A DNA stretch of 64,000 nucleotides from Longimicrobiales bacterium (GCA_965204735.1 OZ242008.1:3616001-3680000); one strand, 5' to 3'; shown: positions 40,841 through 52,201, counted from the first letter of the stretch. Numbers and translations: made by a program. The notes: generated by a model from the sequence alone, not told the origin.

Positions 40841-42096
40841 GGCTCCGAGTCCACTGTCGGCTGCACCAGCCGCGCCGACACGAACGTCCCCGCCAGGACC
40901 AGCGCGGCGGCCGCCAAGTAGGGCAGTGCGTGGCCCACGTCGAAGAGGCTCCCGGCAACGAGCGGCCCGACCACGCGGGCGAGCGAACCCACGCTCTGTC
41001 CGACCCCCAGCACCGCTCCCTGGCGCTCCGGGTGCGCGGCCCGGGAAAGGAGGCCCAGCACGCTGGGGATCGCGCCCCCGTAGCCGATGCCGATCAGCGC
41101 CAGCCCCGCCAGCAGCGCCCCGGGCGACGGGGACCAGCCCACCGCCAGCAGCCCAAGCACGAAGGGCGCCGCGCTCCCCAGCAGGAGGAGCCGCTCCCCG
41201 GTGCGGGGCGCGACCCGCCGCACCAGCCCCCCTTGCACGACCGCCGAGACCACGCCCAGCAACGCGAAGAGCAGTCCGGCGTGCCGCGCCCCCATTCCGA
41301 AGCGCTCCAGCGCCAAGAGGGAGAGGGTCGGCTGAAGGGCCGAGAACCCCATGGTGATGCACAGGTAGCCGGCCAGCACGAGGCGGATCTGCCGGGACGC
41401 CGCCGCGTCCCGCAGGGCGGCACCCAGAGAGAAGGGGGGCGTCGGCGCCGCCGAGCCTTCCTTGCGGGCACGGGACTCGGGGAGCCACGCCAGCGCCGCC
41501 AGCGCGTTGGCCAGGCAGAGCCCGGCGGCGGCGTAGCCCGGCGCGGCGGGGGAGCCCGGCGACACGCCCGCCAGGAAGGCGCCCAGCGCGGGGCCGATCA
41601 CGAAGCCGAGGCCGAACGCCGCGCCGATCAGCCCCATGTTGCCGGCCCGCCGGGACGGATGCGTCACGTCCGCGATGTACGCCTGGGCCACGGGAATGGT
41701 CGAGCCGCCGATTCCGCCCACGATCCGGGAGGCGAAGAGCATGGCCAGCGAGTCCGCCTGGGCGAACACCACGTAGGCGGCGCTGCTCCCCAGCAGCCCG
41801 AGAAACAGCACGGGCCGCCGTCCGACCCGGTCCGAGATGCGCCCCCACAACGGCGCCATCCCCAGCTGCACCAGCGAGTAGACGGCCACCAGGAGCCCGA
41901 CCTGCGCTCCGCCGGCGCCGAAGCCCTGGGCGTAGATCGGCAGGAGGGGCAGGACGATGCCGAAGCCGACCAGATCGACCAGCACCGCCAAGAAGAGAAG
42001 GCCCAGCCGGCGGCGGTCCTGGGGGCTCGGGGTCGTCTTGGGCTCCGGGGAAGTGCCGGGCGGGCCGCCGGTTCGGCTAGGCGTCCCTGTCCTCAA
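40837..42096 (-). CDS. MFS transporter, TetA/DHA1-like
   Basis: DLVGFGIVLPLLP, GRISDRVGRRPV, AYIAD, GFVIGPALG. Confidence 0.92.
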   Translation of the reverse strand: MRTGTPSRTGGPPGTSPEPKTTPSPQDRRRLGLLFLAVLVDLVGFGIVLPLLPIYAQGFGAGGAQVGLLVAVYSLVQLGMAPLWGRISDRVGRRPVLFLGLLGSSAAYVVFAQADSLAMLFASRIVGGIGGSTIPVAQAYIADVTHPSRRAGNMGLIGAAFGLGFVIGPALGAFLAGVSPGSPAAPGYAAAGLCLANALAALAWLPESRARKEGSAAPTPPFSLGAALRDAAASRQIRLVLAGYLCITMGFSALQPTLSLLALERFGMGARHAGLLFALLGVVSAVVQGGLVRRVAPRTGERLLLLGSAAPFVLGLLAVGWSPSPGALLAGLALIGIGYGGAIPSVLGLLSRAAHPERQGAVLGVGQSVGSLARVVGPLVAGSLFDVGHALPYLAAAALVLAGTFVSARLVQPTVDSEP

Positions 42097-42256
42097 CGTC
42101 CTCGGAATCGCTCTCCCGGCCGGCTTGGATCGATCCCTTGAAGTTGCGGATCCCGGACCCCAGTCCCCGCGCGATCTCGGGAATGCGCTTGGCGCCGAAG
42201 ACCAGCACGAGGACCGCGAGCACGAATACGATCTCGCCTACGCCTAGCGAAGGCAC
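42077..42256 (-). CDS. tatA: Twin-arginine translocase TatA/TatE subunit (59 aa, absent from the ORF track)
   Basis: MPSLGVGEIVFVLAVLVLVFGAKRIPEIARGLGSGIRNFKGS; GGGGAG RBS. Confidence 0.93.
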   Translation of the reverse strand: MPSLGVGEIVFVLAVLVLVFGAKRIPEIARGLGSGIRNFKGSIQAGRESDSEDVEDRDA

Positions 42257-42328
42257 GGCTCTCCCCTTCCGCCGTCCAAGGAGCGGGCCGCGGGGAAGGC
42301 GGCGAAGGCGCCGGCGGCTCCCCTTCCG

Positions 42329-43492
42329 CTATCCACGGAGCAGGTCCTTCGCGATCGTCTGGAGCTGCATGTTGTCGGTCCCCTCGTAGATCGTGCCGAT
42401 CTTGGAGTCCCGGTAGTACTTCTCCACCGGGTACTCGCGGGTGAAGCCGTAGCCCCCATGCAGGTCGAGACACAGCGACGACACCTCTTGGGCGGTCCGG
42501 GCGGCGAAGAGCTTGGCCATCGCCGCCTCCCGCAGAAAGCGCGCGCCCTGGTCCTTGAGTCGGGCGGCGTTGTACACCATGAGGCGCGCCGCTTCGATCT
42601 TGGCGGCCATCTCGGCCAACTGGAACTGCACCCCCTGGAAGGACGCGATCGGGTGGCCGAACTGCTCCCGCTCCCGCACGTACTGCAGCGTGTGGTCGAA
42701 GGCGCCCTGGGCAAGACCCACCATCTGGGCGCCGATCCCGATGCGCCCTTCGTTCAGGGTCTCGATCGCCACCTTGTACCCCCTTCCCACCTCGCCCAGC
42801 ACGTTCTCGTCGGGCACCCGCACGTGGTCCATCACCAGCTCGGTGGTCGACGACGCGCGAATCCCCAGCTTGTCCTCGCGCTTGCCCACGGCGAAGCCGG
42901 GCATCTCCCGCTCGACAAGGAACGCGGTGATCCCCTTGTAGCCGCGCTCCGGCGCGACGTTGGCGAAGACGATGAAGAGCCCGGCCTCTCCGCCGTTGGT
43001 GATCCACATCTTGGCGCCGTTCAGGACCCACTCCTTCCCGTCGCGCTCGGCCCTCGCCGCCAAGGCGAAGGCGTCGGAGCCGCTCCCGGCCTCGGAGAGG
43101 GCGTAGGCGCCGACCGTGCCCTCGGCCAGGCGCGGCAGGTAGCGGCTGTTCTGGTCCGGGGTCGCCCACCGGAGCAGGGCGTTCGCCACCAGCGTGTTCT
43201 GCACGTCCACCAGCACCGCCACGGAAGGGTCGACCCGGGAAAGTTCCTCCACCACCAGGGTGGCGGTGAAGAACGAGCTCTCGGCGCCCCCGTACTGCTG
43301 GGGTATCTCGATCCCCATGATCCCCAGCTCGAAGAGCATCGAGATCAGCTCGGAATCGATCTCGTGGGCCGCGTCCATGCCGGCCACGCGGGGGGCGATC
43401 TCCGACTCGGCAAAGTCGCGAACGGCGTCGCGGAACATGACCTCTTCCTCGGTGAGGACGGTCAAGGCGGTGTGTTCGGCCAGCGCAGCCAC
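42329..43492 (-). CDS. Acyl-CoA dehydrogenase (short/branched-chain type)
   Basis: [45 protein letters not shown]. Confidence 0.95.
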   Translation of the reverse strand: MAALAEHTALTVLTEEEVMFRDAVRDFAESEIAPRVAGMDAAHEIDSELISMLFELGIMGIEIPQQYGGAESSFFTATLVVEELSRVDPSVAVLVDVQNTLVANALLRWATPDQNSRYLPRLAEGTVGAYALSEAGSGSDAFALAARAERDGKEWVLNGAKMWITNGGEAGLFIVFANVAPERGYKGITAFLVEREMPGFAVGKREDKLGIRASSTTELVMDHVRVPDENVLGEVGRGYKVAIETLNEGRIGIGAQMVGLAQGAFDHTLQYVREREQFGHPIASFQGVQFQLAEMAAKIEAARLMVYNAARLKDQGARFLREAAMAKLFAARTAQEVSSLCLDLHGGYGFTREYPVEKYYRDSKIGTIYEGTDNMQLQTIAKDLLRG

Positions 43493-43545
43493 GGCGTCTC
43501 CTTGCAAACGGGCTTCGGGTCTCGAATCTAACCTGCCGAGCCGGG

Positions 43546-43578
43546 TTGACGCATCCGCTCCCCGCGACTTTATATATT
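43546..43578 (+). promoter_or_regulatory. Possible sigma70 promoter for gcvH-gcvP
   Basis: TTGACG followed by AT-rich tttatatatt; spacing imperfect. Confidence 0.35.
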
Positions 43579-43648
43579 CCCCCGCTTGGAGCACTTTCCA
43601 CGGACACCCAGGACAGCTTCCACGGAACACCCATCAGCGGAGAGGGCG

Positions 43649-44038
43649 ATGTCCCACATTCCCGAAGGACTGCGGTACACCACGGAGCACGAGTATCTCA
43701 AGGAAGCCGACGAGGAAGGCGTCTTCTTCGTTGGGGTCACCGACTACGCCCAGAGCGAGCTGGGCGACGTGGTGTACGTGGAGCTCCCCGAGCCGGGCAA
43801 CACCTTCGCCGCCATGGAGACCTTCGGGACGATCGAGGCCGTCAAGGCCGTCGCCGACCTGTACTGCCCCCTCGCCGGCGAGGTGGTGGCCGTCAACGCG
43901 GGGCTCGACGACGACCCCGCAGCGGTCAACTCGGACCCCTACGGCGAGGGGTGGATGATCAAGCTTCGGCTGGAGCGCCCCTCGGAAGTCGAGGAGCTGA
44001 TGGACGAGGCCGCCTACGAGGTGCACGTCAGCGAATAG
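43649..44038 (+). CDS. gcvH: Glycine cleavage system H protein
   Basis: [24 protein letters not shown] (lipoyl Lys), DPYGEGW. Confidence 0.97.
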   Translation: MSHIPEGLRYTTEHEYLKEADEEGVFFVGVTDYAQSELGDVVYVELPEPGNTFAAMETFGTIEAVKAVADLYCPLAGEVVAVNAGLDDDPAAVNSDPYGEGWMIKLRLERPSEVEELMDEAAYEVHVSE

Positions 44039-44058
44039 GGACTCCGTCCGAAAGCGCC

Positions 44059-46941
44059 ATGTCCACGCCCGCAAGCCACCCGCCCGACTTCCTGGGCCGC
44101 CACTTGGGCCCCAGCCCCGACGACGTGCGGCAGATGCTCAAGGTCGTCGGCCACGAGAGCCTGGACGGACTGGTCAAGGAGACCATTCCCGCGTCCATCC
44201 GCCTGGAACGGCCCCTGCGGCTGCCCGACGCGGCGCCCGAGGCCGAGCTGATCGAGCGCCTGCGGGAGATCGCGTCGGAGAACCAGCGCTGGCGCAGCTA
44301 CATCGGCATGGGCTATTCGGGGACGATCGTTCCAGGAGTGATCCAGCGGAACATCTTGGAGAACCCGGGCTGGTACACCCAGTACACCCCGTATCAGGCC
44401 GAGATCTCCCAGGGCCGGCTGGAGGCCCTCCTCAACTTCCAGACCGCCGTGATCGACCTGACCGGCATGGACATCGCCAACGCCTCGCTGCTGGACGAAG
44501 CGACCGCCGCGGCGGAAGCGATGTGCATGCTCCACGGCGGCGGGCGAAAGCGCGGGGGAGACGTCTTTCTCGTGGCCGACGACTGCCATCCGCAGACGAT
44601 CGGCGTCGTCGCTACCCGGGCGGAGCCCCTCGGGATCGAGGTGCGGGTCGGCCCCAGCGCCGAGTTCGCCTTCGACGACGCCGTCTTCGGGGCGCTGGTC
44701 CAGTACCCGGCCACCGACGGCGGCGTGCACGACTACCGGGATCTGTGCGCCGCGGCCCACGAAGTCGGCGCGAAGGTGGTTGCGGCGGCGGACTTGATGG
44801 CGCTGGCCCTCCTGACGCCTCCCGGCGAGTTCGGCGCCGACGTGGCCGTGGGGAACACGCAGCGCTTCGGCGTGCCGATGGGGTACGGCGGCCCTCACGC
44901 CGCCTACTTGGCCGCCCGGGAAGAGTTCAAGCGCCGGCTGCCGGGTCGGATCATCGGCGTCTCCACCGACCGTCACGGCGCCCCGGCCCTCCGGATGGCC
45001 CTCCAGACCCGGGAGCAGCACATCCGCCGGGAGAAGGCCACGTCCAACATCTGCACGGCCCAGGTGCTGCTGGCGGTGATGGCGGGGATGTACGCAGTCT
45101 ACCACGGCCCCGAGGGCGTGCGCCGGATCGCCCGGCGGATCCGCAAGCAGACGGCGACGCTGGCCCTCGCGCTGGACAAGAAGGGCCACGAGCTCGTCCA
45201 CGACATCTACTTCGACACACTGAGGGTTCGGCCCGCCTGCAAGCCGGCGCTCGTGCTGGCCGCCGCCCGGGAGGCGCGGATCAACCTGCGCGAGTTCGGC
45301 GACGGCACGATCGGCGTCGCCCTCGACGAGACCGTCGCGCCGTCGGACCTGGACGACCTGATCGGGGTGTTCGGGGCCGTGGGCTCCGCCGTCCAGCTGG
45401 CCGGCTTCTTCGAGCCCGCCGAGTATCCAGAGCCCTTCGCCCGAAGCAGCGGCTACCTGGAGCACCCCGTCTTCCGCTCCCACCGCTCCGAGACGGAGAT
45501 GCTCCGGTACATCCACCGCCTCGAGTCCCGGGACCTGTCCCTCAACACCAGCATGATCCCCCTGGGGTCGTGCACCATGAAGCTCAACGCCACGACCCAG
45601 ATGACGCCCGTCACGTGGCCCGAGTTCGGCGGCCTTCACCCCTTCGCGCCGCCGGAGCAGGCCAAGGGGTACGCCCGCATCGTGGCCGACCTGAAGGAGT
45701 GGCTGGCCGAGATCAGCGGGTTGCCGGCCGTCTCCCTTCAGCCCAACTCCGGCGCCCAAGGCGAGTACGCGGGGCTCCTGGCGATCCGGGGCCGGCACCG
45801 GGCGCTGGGCCAGCCGGAGCGGGACGTTTGCCTGATCCCGTCGTCGGCCCACGGCACCAACCCCGCCAGCGCCGTGATGGCGGGCATGAAGGTCGTCGTG
45901 GTGGGATGCGACGCGCGGGGCAACGTGGACGTGGAGGACATGGAGGCGAAGGCCGCCGAGCACGCGGACCGCCTTGCCGCCGTGATGATCACCTACCCGT
46001 CCACCCACGGCGTCTTCGAGGCCCGGATCCGCGAGCTCTGCGAGGTCGTCCACCGCCACGGCGGCTACGTGTACCTGGACGGCGCCAACCTGAACGCCCA
46101 GGTGGGACTCTGCCGACCCGGCGACTACGGCGCCGACGTGATCCACATCAACCTCCACAAGACCTTCGCCATCCCCCACGGGGGCGGCGGCCCGGGGATG
46201 GGTCCGATCTGCGCAACGGAGGAGCTCGCGCCCTACCTGCCCGGTCACCCAACGACGCCGAGCAGCGGCGCGGTCGGGACGGGACCGGTGTCGGCGGCGC
46301 CCTGGGGCAGCGCGAGCATCCTTCTCATCTCCTGGGCGTACATCGCCCTGCTGGGCCGGGAGGGCGTGACGCAGGCAACCCGGGTGGCCATTCTCGCGGC
46401 CAACTACATGGCCGAGAGGCTCGACGCCCACTTCGACATCCTCTACTGGTGGGGGCACGGCAGCGGCCGGGTGGCCCACGAGTTCATCGTCGACCTGCGG
46501 GCGATCCGAAAGGCGACGGGGATCACCGAGGAGGACGTGGCCAAGCGCCTCATGGACTACGGCTTCCACGCCCCCACGATGGCCTTCCCGGTGCCGGGAA
46601 CGATCATGATCGAGCCCACCGAGAGCGAGTCCAAGGCCGAGATGGACCGCTTCTGCGACGCCCTCGTCTCCATCAAGGCCGAGATCGAGCAGGTGGAGCT
46701 GGGGCTTCAGGACAAGCAGGACAACGTGCTCAAGAACGCCCCCCACACCGCCCTGGCCGTCGCCGACGACGAGTGGACCCACGGCTACGGCCGCCGGCAG
46801 GCCGCGTTCCCTGCGCCATGGCTGCTGGAGCACAAGTTCTGGCCTTTCGTGGGTCGGGTGGACAACGCCCACGGGGACCGCAACTTGGTGTGCGCCTGCC
46901 CGCCCGTCGAGAGCTACCAGACCGAACCCGCCAGCGGCTAG
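44059..46941 (+). CDS. gcvP: Glycine dehydrogenase (decarboxylating)
   Basis: [41 protein letters not shown]. Confidence 0.98.
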   Translation: MSTPASHPPDFLGRHLGPSPDDVRQMLKVVGHESLDGLVKETIPASIRLERPLRLPDAAPEAELIERLREIASENQRWRSYIGMGYSGTIVPGVIQRNILENPGWYTQYTPYQAEISQGRLEALLNFQTAVIDLTGMDIANASLLDEATAAAEAMCMLHGGGRKRGGDVFLVADDCHPQTIGVVATRAEPLGIEVRVGPSAEFAFDDAVFGALVQYPATDGGVHDYRDLCAAAHEVGAKVVAAADLMALALLTPPGEFGADVAVGNTQRFGVPMGYGGPHAAYLAAREEFKRRLPGRIIGVSTDRHGAPALRMALQTREQHIRREKATSNICTAQVLLAVMAGMYAVYHGPEGVRRIARRIRKQTATLALALDKKGHELVHDIYFDTLRVRPACKPALVLAAAREARINLREFGDGTIGVALDETVAPSDLDDLIGVFGAVGSAVQLAGFFEPAEYPEPFARSSGYLEHPVFRSHRSETEMLRYIHRLESRDLSLNTSMIPLGSCTMKLNATTQMTPVTWPEFGGLHPFAPPEQAKGYARIVADLKEWLAEISGLPAVSLQPNSGAQGEYAGLLAIRGRHRALGQPERDVCLIPSSAHGTNPASAVMAGMKVVVVGCDARGNVDVEDMEAKAAEHADRLAAVMITYPSTHGVFEARIRELCEVVHRHGGYVYLDGANLNAQVGLCRPGDYGADVIHINLHKTFAIPHGGGGPGMGPICATEELAPYLPGHPTTPSSGAVGTGPVSAAPWGSASILLISWAYIALLGREGVTQATRVAILAANYMAERLDAHFDILYWWGHGSGRVAHEFIVDLRAIRKATGITEEDVAKRLMDYGFHAPTMAFPVPGTIMIEPTESESKAEMDRFCDALVSIKAEIEQVELGLQDKQDNVLKNAPHTALAVADDEWTHGYGRRQAAFPAPWLLEHKFWPFVGRVDNAHGDRNLVCACPPVESYQTEPASG

Positions 46942-47001
46942 CCCCGACCGCCGAAGCCGAACCGTGCGCCGAGCCTTCCCCAGGAAAGAGAGCCCATCGC
47001 C

Positions 47002-47688
47002 TTGGCCACCCTAGCGTTCCACGGCCACTCCACGTTCACGTTGGAGACCGAAGACGGAGTCCGCTTCGTCGTCGATCCGTTCTTCGAGGACAGCCCCGTC
47101 TCCGAGATCGAGCGCGCCGACGCCGGTCCGCTGGACTTCGTGTTCTGCACGCACGGCCACGCCGACCACTTCGCCGACGCCCTGCCCCTGGCCCAGGAGA
47201 CCGGAGCGACGCTGGTCTCCACCTTCGAGATCGTCGGCTTCGCCCAGGAGCAGGGGCTGGAGAACGTGCACCCCATGCACATCGGCGGGGGATGGGAGTT
47301 CCCCTTCGGGCGGGTCAAGATGACGCCGGCGCTTCACGGCGGGCAGGTGCACGGCGACGAGTCGGGCCGCTTCACCACGGTTCCGGGCGGGTTCCTCTTC
47401 CACGTGGACGGGAAACGGATCTACCACGCCGGCGACACGGCGCTGACGACGGACATGCGGCTCCTGCGGGGCCAAGTGGACGTGGCGCTTCTTCCCATCG
47501 GCGACAACTTCACCATGGGGCCGGAGGACGCGGCGCGGGCCGTCGAGTTCGTCGAACCGGAGGTCGTGGTGCCGATCCACTACGGCACTTGGCCGATGAT
47601 CGAGCAGGACCCGGAGCGGTTCCGCGACCTGGTGGGGGAGCGCGCGCAGCTTCGCGTCATGAGTCCGGGAGACGAATTCGCTCTCTGA
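47002..47688 (+). CDS. Metal-dependent hydrolase, UPF0173 / MBL fold
   Basis: THGHADH, YHAGDT, LPIGDNFTM, PIHY. Confidence 0.92.
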   Translation: MATLAFHGHSTFTLETEDGVRFVVDPFFEDSPVSEIERADAGPLDFVFCTHGHADHFADALPLAQETGATLVSTFEIVGFAQEQGLENVHPMHIGGGWEFPFGRVKMTPALHGGQVHGDESGRFTTVPGGFLFHVDGKRIYHAGDTALTTDMRLLRGQVDVALLPIGDNFTMGPEDAARAVEFVEPEVVVPIHYGTWPMIEQDPERFRDLVGERAQLRVMSPGDEFAL

Positions 47689-47745
47689 CGACATGGCCTC
47701 GTCCGGCAACCTTGGTCCTCTTCTGTCCGCGACCTCGCTTCCCAA

Positions 47746-48588
47746 GTGACCGGGATTCGATGGCGGGTGCTCGTGGACCCGCCTGCATCGGGGGCGGCCA
47801 ACATGGCGCGGGACCACGCCTTGGCCGAGAGGTGCGCGCCGGGGATGGGAACCGTGCGCTTCTACCGCTGGGATCCGCCCACGCTCTCCTTCGGCCGCAA
47901 CGAGCCGGTCACGGTGGGCTACCGGGAGATCCTGCGCGGCCGCCGGGAGCTGGGCGTGGTGCGCCGGCCCACGGGGGGACGGGCGGTGATCCACGACGGG
48001 GAGCTCACCTACAGCATCGTCTTCCCGGCGCGGGCGCTGGGCGGGGTGCGCGAGGCGTACGCCAAGGTCAACCAGGGGTTGGTCCGCGGGCTGCGGGCGC
48101 TGGGCGTGGACGCCCGAAGCGAGGAGGGCGGAGGCGCGGTCCCGGCCCCCAATGCGGGCCCCTGCTTCGCGGGACCCGTGGCCGGGGAAGTCGTGGTGGC
48201 GAAGCGGAAGCTGGTGGGAAGCGCGCAGGCGCGGATCGGAGGCGCCGTCCTTCAGCACGGTTCCATCCTGCTGGCCGCGGACCAGGGTCCTCTGCTGGCC
48301 CTGGAGAGGCGAGAGCGCAATGGGAACACCCCGACCGCGGGCCGGGACGCCGGTCGATCCGCCGATCCCCTGCGGGATCCGTCGGCCCGCGCGTTGCGGC
48401 CCGTCACGCTGGGCGAAGTGCTGCGCGCCGTGCCTCCCTGGGAGGAGTTGGTGGGGGCGCTGCGGACCGGTTTCGAGCAGATGCTCGGAGGGGCGTGGGA
48501 GACGGGCGCGCTGAGCCGCGACGAAGCCGCCCTGGCGGCGGGACTGGAAACGCGCTACGCTTCCCGAGAGTGGACATGGCGGCGCTGA
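47746..48588 (+). CDS. Lipoate-protein ligase / LipM-like octanoyltransferase
   Basis: NMARD, VRRPTGGRAVIH, KLVGSAQ, LQHGS. Confidence 0.9.
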   Translation: MTGIRWRVLVDPPASGAANMARDHALAERCAPGMGTVRFYRWDPPTLSFGRNEPVTVGYREILRGRRELGVVRRPTGGRAVIHDGELTYSIVFPARALGGVREAYAKVNQGLVRGLRALGVDARSEEGGGAVPAPNAGPCFAGPVAGEVVVAKRKLVGSAQARIGGAVLQHGSILLAADQGPLLALERRERNGNTPTAGRDAGRSADPLRDPSARALRPVTLGEVLRAVPPWEELVGALRTGFEQMLGGAWETGALSRDEAALAAGLETRYASREWTWRR

Positions 48589-48663
48589 GTCGTTCGGGGG
48601 ACTTTCCCGAAGAGGCCCGGCCCGCCATTTTCCATGCTTGCCGCAAGGAAACCAGCGTCGAGG

Positions 48664-48692
48664 TTGACGGCCCCGCAGGCGGGGTTCATTAT
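48664..48692 (+). promoter_or_regulatory. Putative sigma70 promoter
   Basis: TTGACG-N17-CATTAT upstream of the ExbB/TolQ gene. Confidence 0.5.
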
Positions 48693-48796
48693 GGCAAGCC
48701 TTGCAGAGCGGCCCGTCGGGGCCGACAATCCGCAGTCGCGCCATGGAGCGCGGCCGATTCCAACCATCTGCCCAGGACCGAAAGCGGGAGGTTCCT

Positions 48797-49507
48797 TTGA
48801 CCAGCGCGACGACGACTCTCTACGGAGCCATGCTCCAGCTCCCGGGCGTGGAAGGCCCGGACCTCACCTTCACGGAGCAGATGGCCCAAGCGTGGACGGA
48901 CGCCGGGATCATGCGCTGGCCTCTCGGCCTGTGTCTCCTGGTGGGGATCCTCGTCATCATCTGGAAGTTCTTCGACCTGCTCTCCAAGAGCGGGAGCACG
49001 AGGAAGATCCTCCGAGAGGTCGACGAGCTCCTCTCCCAGCAGCAGGTCAAGGAGGCGCTCGAGGTCACTCGCGAGTCCAACTCGCCGGCGGCGAACATCC
49101 TCTACGCGGGTCTGGAGCGGCAGGACGAGGGGACGGATCGGGTCATGAAGGCCATCGAGAACCAGGGCCTCATCGAGCTCAGCAAGCTCGAGAGCGGACT
49201 GGTCGTGCTCTCCACGATCATGACCGTGGCGCCGCTGCTGGGGTTCCTCGGAACGGTGCTCGGGATGATCGAGGCGTTCCAGGCGATCGAGCTCGCCGGC
49301 GAGGTGGACGCGCAGACGGTGGCCTCGGGGATCAAGGTCGCCCTCACCACCACGGCCGCTGGCTTGGCCATCGCGATTCCAGTGAGCATCGGCCACAACT
49401 ACTTCGTGTCTCGGATCGACCACCTGGTGATCGACATGGAGGAGTCGGCGCAGAAGATGATCGACGCTCTCTTCGCCATGAAGACGGGCCGGGCCGTCGG
49501 AGGCTGA
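48797..49507 (+). CDS. MotA/TolQ/ExbB proton channel protein
   Basis: APLLGFLGTVLGMIEAF, GIKVALTTTAAGLAIAIP; GGAGG RBS. Confidence 0.93.
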   Translation: MTSATTTLYGAMLQLPGVEGPDLTFTEQMAQAWTDAGIMRWPLGLCLLVGILVIIWKFFDLLSKSGSTRKILREVDELLSQQQVKEALEVTRESNSPAANILYAGLERQDEGTDRVMKAIENQGLIELSKLESGLVVLSTIMTVAPLLGFLGTVLGMIEAFQAIELAGEVDAQTVASGIKVALTTTAAGLAIAIPVSIGHNYFVSRIDHLVIDMEESAQKMIDALFAMKTGRAVGG

Positions 49508-49516
49508 TCGCCGCCG

Positions 49517-52054
49517 TTGAAGCCTGACGGGGCTCGCGGCCGGGGTTCCTCCGGCCTCTACAAGGGGGGCCGCGCCTTTCGGGGGCGCGGCTCCCCTTGC
49601 CGTTTGGCGACGCTGTGGGCGGCGCTGGTCGTCGCTTCCCCGGCGGCGGCGGGCGTCGCTTCGTCGGCCTCGGCGACGGCGGTCGTTGCTTCCCCGGCGC
49701 CAGTGGCGATCGTCGCTTCCTCGGCCTCGGCGGCGATCGCTTTTCCGGCATCGGCAGCCGCGCCCCAGTCCTCCGTGCCCGGCTCCGTATGGCGCGACTT
49801 GGCCGCAGGCAGGCACTGGCGGGCGAGCTTGGCGCTGGAGGACCACTTGGCGCCGCTGGCGTCCGCCTCCGTCGAGGACCGTCTCGTGCTGGCGGAGGCG
49901 CAGGCCGGGTGGCGGAACTGGTCGGGCGCCGTGGAGGCGCTGACGGCGGGCCGCCCCGACACGGCCCACGCTCCGCCACGCTACTGGTACGTCTTGGGGA
50001 CGGCGCTGGAAGCGGCCGGGAACGCCGAAGGAGCGGCCGGCGCGCTGCGGCGGTTCGTGGCGGCGGAGGAGGAGGGGGGCCGCGGGGGCTTGGGCGCCCG
50101 CTCCGAGGGGGTGGCCGCCCGCTCCCGCTTGGTGCGGATGGAGGCTGGTCGGGCGTCGCCGGCCGCCACGGTGGAGGCGGTGGCCGAGCTGCGCGGGCTG
50201 TCGCCGGTGGTGGCGGGCTGGACGGCGCTGGAGGCGGCCCGCGCGCTGGCCGAGTCCGGCGAGGCCGAAGCCGTGTGGGGACTGCTGGCGCTGACCGGCG
50301 ACGACGTGGTGCGGAACCGGGGTTGGCGGCTGGAAGCCGACGCCTGGGCCGCCCAGGGAGACACGGCCCGGGCGCTGGCCGCGCTGGACGCCGTGGCGCC
50401 GGCCGGGAAGGACGCCGACGGCGCCGGGGACGGCTCGCCGCCCCGAACTGCCGTCCTGGCGCTGGAGTGGCGGTATCGGCTGGCCCTGGGCGACACCACC
50501 CGAGCCGTCTCGGCGATGCGCGACATCTTGTCCCTTGCCACCCGGGGCGCCGACGCCACCGAAGCGGCCCTCGCCCTTTGGAGGCTGGACGCCGTCGGGG
50601 CCGATCCGGACGCCTACCGCCAGGTGGCCCGGGCGTTGGGGAACGGTCGCGAATACGGCTCGGCCGTGCGGGCGTGGGAGGCTGCGCAGGGGGCGGGCGC
50701 CGTGCTGGCCGAGTCGGAGCGGATGTCCCTGGCCCGCGCCTACAACGGGAGCCGAAACCGAGACGCCGCAGTCGCCCTTTACCGGGAGCTCTCGGTGTCC
50801 TCCGACCCCGAGACGGCTGCCCGAGCGCTGCGCGCATGGGCCGACGTTCGCCGCGTGCAGGGGCGCCACGGCGACATGCGCATCTTGGAGGGCCGCTTGG
50901 TCGAACGCTATCCGGCCCACCCCGGGGCGGTGGACGTGGTCTTCTTCGCCGGCGACGACCACCACGACGGCGGCCGTCTGGCCGAGGCGGTGGACCATTA
51001 CCGGCAGGTCGTGTCGATGTCGTCGGGGGCGGACCGGGCGGGACTGGCCCGGATGCGGTGGGCCCAGATACACCTTTCCCTAGGCGATCCTGGAGCCGCG
51101 GCCGAGGTGTTCCGCGGGTATCTGGAGGAGTTCCCCAACGGCCGACGGTGGGAGGAGGCTGCGTTCTGGGGGGCCCAGGCCGGGGAGGCGGCGGGAGATT
51201 CGGTCTCGTGGGCCACTGCCGCGCTGGCCCGCCTGGGCAGGGACAGCCCGTTGTCCTACTACGCGCTGCTGGCGGCCGAGGCCGGGGGCGGGGCGTTCGC
51301 GGCCGCTCTGCCGGAGGGGTCGCCGGCGCCCGCGCCCGAGGGGCGGCTGCGCGAGGCGCTGGAGCTGCTCGCGCTGCTCGAGGAGGCCGGGCTGGACGAA
51401 GGCGCCGCCGTCCATGCGGCTTCGGTGGTGCGCGCCGCCCGCGCCGCCGAAGACTCGGACGACTTGCTCCTGGGGCTGGCGGTCGCGCTGAACGAGCGCG
51501 GGCGCACCCGGCACGGGATCGAGCTGGGGTGGGAGCTGCATCGGCGGGGCCGTCCGTGGGACCGGACGCTGGCGCGGGTCGTGTTCCCCTTCCCCCATCG
51601 GGACCTTGTGACGGCCAGGGCGGAGGAGCTGGGACTGGACCCGTACTTGGTGGCGGGGCTGATCCGGCAGGAGAGCGCGTTCGCTCCGGCTGTCGTGTCG
51701 TCGGCGGGAGCCGTCGGCCTCATGCAGGTCTTGCCCGCCACCGGGAACGAGCTGGCGCGACGGGTGGGACCCCGAGGCTTCCGCGCCGACTTCCTGGAGA
51801 CGCCGGAGCTGAACGTCCACCTGGGAACCACGTACTTGGCGCGTCTGATGGAGCGCTACGAGGGCGACGTGCCGCTGGCGCTGTCGGCCTACAACGCCGG
51901 CCCCACCCGAGCCAACCGCTGGCGGCGCTTCCCCGAAGCAGCCGACCCGTTGCGCTTCACCGAGCGCATCCCCTTCGCCGAAACCCGCGCCTACGTAAAG
52001 AACGTGACGCGGAACCGGGCGCTGTACCGGCGGCTGTACGGGGGCGGGGAGTAG
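49517..52054 (+). CDS. Soluble lytic transglycosylase with TPR region
   Basis: IRQESAF, GAVGLMQV, AYNAGP, IPFAETRAYVKNV. Confidence 0.92.
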   Translation: MKPDGARGRGSSGLYKGGRAFRGRGSPCRLATLWAALVVASPAAAGVASSASATAVVASPAPVAIVASSASAAIAFPASAAAPQSSVPGSVWRDLAAGRHWRASLALEDHLAPLASASVEDRLVLAEAQAGWRNWSGAVEALTAGRPDTAHAPPRYWYVLGTALEAAGNAEGAAGALRRFVAAEEEGGRGGLGARSEGVAARSRLVRMEAGRASPAATVEAVAELRGLSPVVAGWTALEAARALAESGEAEAVWGLLALTGDDVVRNRGWRLEADAWAAQGDTARALAALDAVAPAGKDADGAGDGSPPRTAVLALEWRYRLALGDTTRAVSAMRDILSLATRGADATEAALALWRLDAVGADPDAYRQVARALGNGREYGSAVRAWEAAQGAGAVLAESERMSLARAYNGSRNRDAAVALYRELSVSSDPETAARALRAWADVRRVQGRHGDMRILEGRLVERYPAHPGAVDVVFFAGDDHHDGGRLAEAVDHYRQVVSMSSGADRAGLARMRWAQIHLSLGDPGAAAEVFRGYLEEFPNGRRWEEAAFWGAQAGEAAGDSVSWATAALARLGRDSPLSYYALLAAEAGGGAFAAALPEGSPAPAPEGRLREALELLALLEEAGLDEGAAVHAASVVRAARAAEDSDDLLLGLAVALNERGRTRHGIELGWELHRRGRPWDRTLARVVFPFPHRDLVTARAEELGLDPYLVAGLIRQESAFAPAVVSSAGAVGLMQVLPATGNELARRVGPRGFRADFLETPELNVHLGTTYLARLMERYEGDVPLALSAYNAGPTRANRWRRFPEAADPLRFTERIPFAETRAYVKNVTRNRALYRRLYGGGE

Positions 52055-52149
52055 GTCCGGGGCTGCGGCACGGATCACCACGGCCCTTTCCAGGCTAGGA
52101 AACACCCGCCACCCAAGGCCGTTGCCAGTTAGGTTAGATACGGCCGCTC

Positions 52150-52201
52150 CCGGCAGTCTCGTCTTGATTGTCGCTCGATCTCGCCGTGGTTGTCGCTTCA
52201 C
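52150..52201 (-). mobile_element. Solo IS21 subtype-B terminus relic with doubled repeat
   Basis: ccggcagtctcgtcttgattgtcgctc..tctcgccgtggttgtcgct resembles 3380-3410 and the reverse complement of 2336-2383. Confidence 0.6.

Noticed and set aside
43493..43648. Glycine riboswitch upstream of gcvH
   Set aside because: Short divergent intergenic region with no convincing aptamer pattern by eye; an Infernal search would settle it.
44014..48800. Very long alternative-frame and antisense ORFs (952 aa, 1425 aa) and similar ones elsewhere
   Set aside because: Shadow ORFs of high-GC codon usage over recognisable genes; Arg/Gly/Pro-rich with no motifs.
48797..49507. MotA-like gene as ZorA partner of the SNF2 helicase
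   Set aside because: About 15 kb away, host-like GC, ordinary ExbB/TolQ length, no ZorB.
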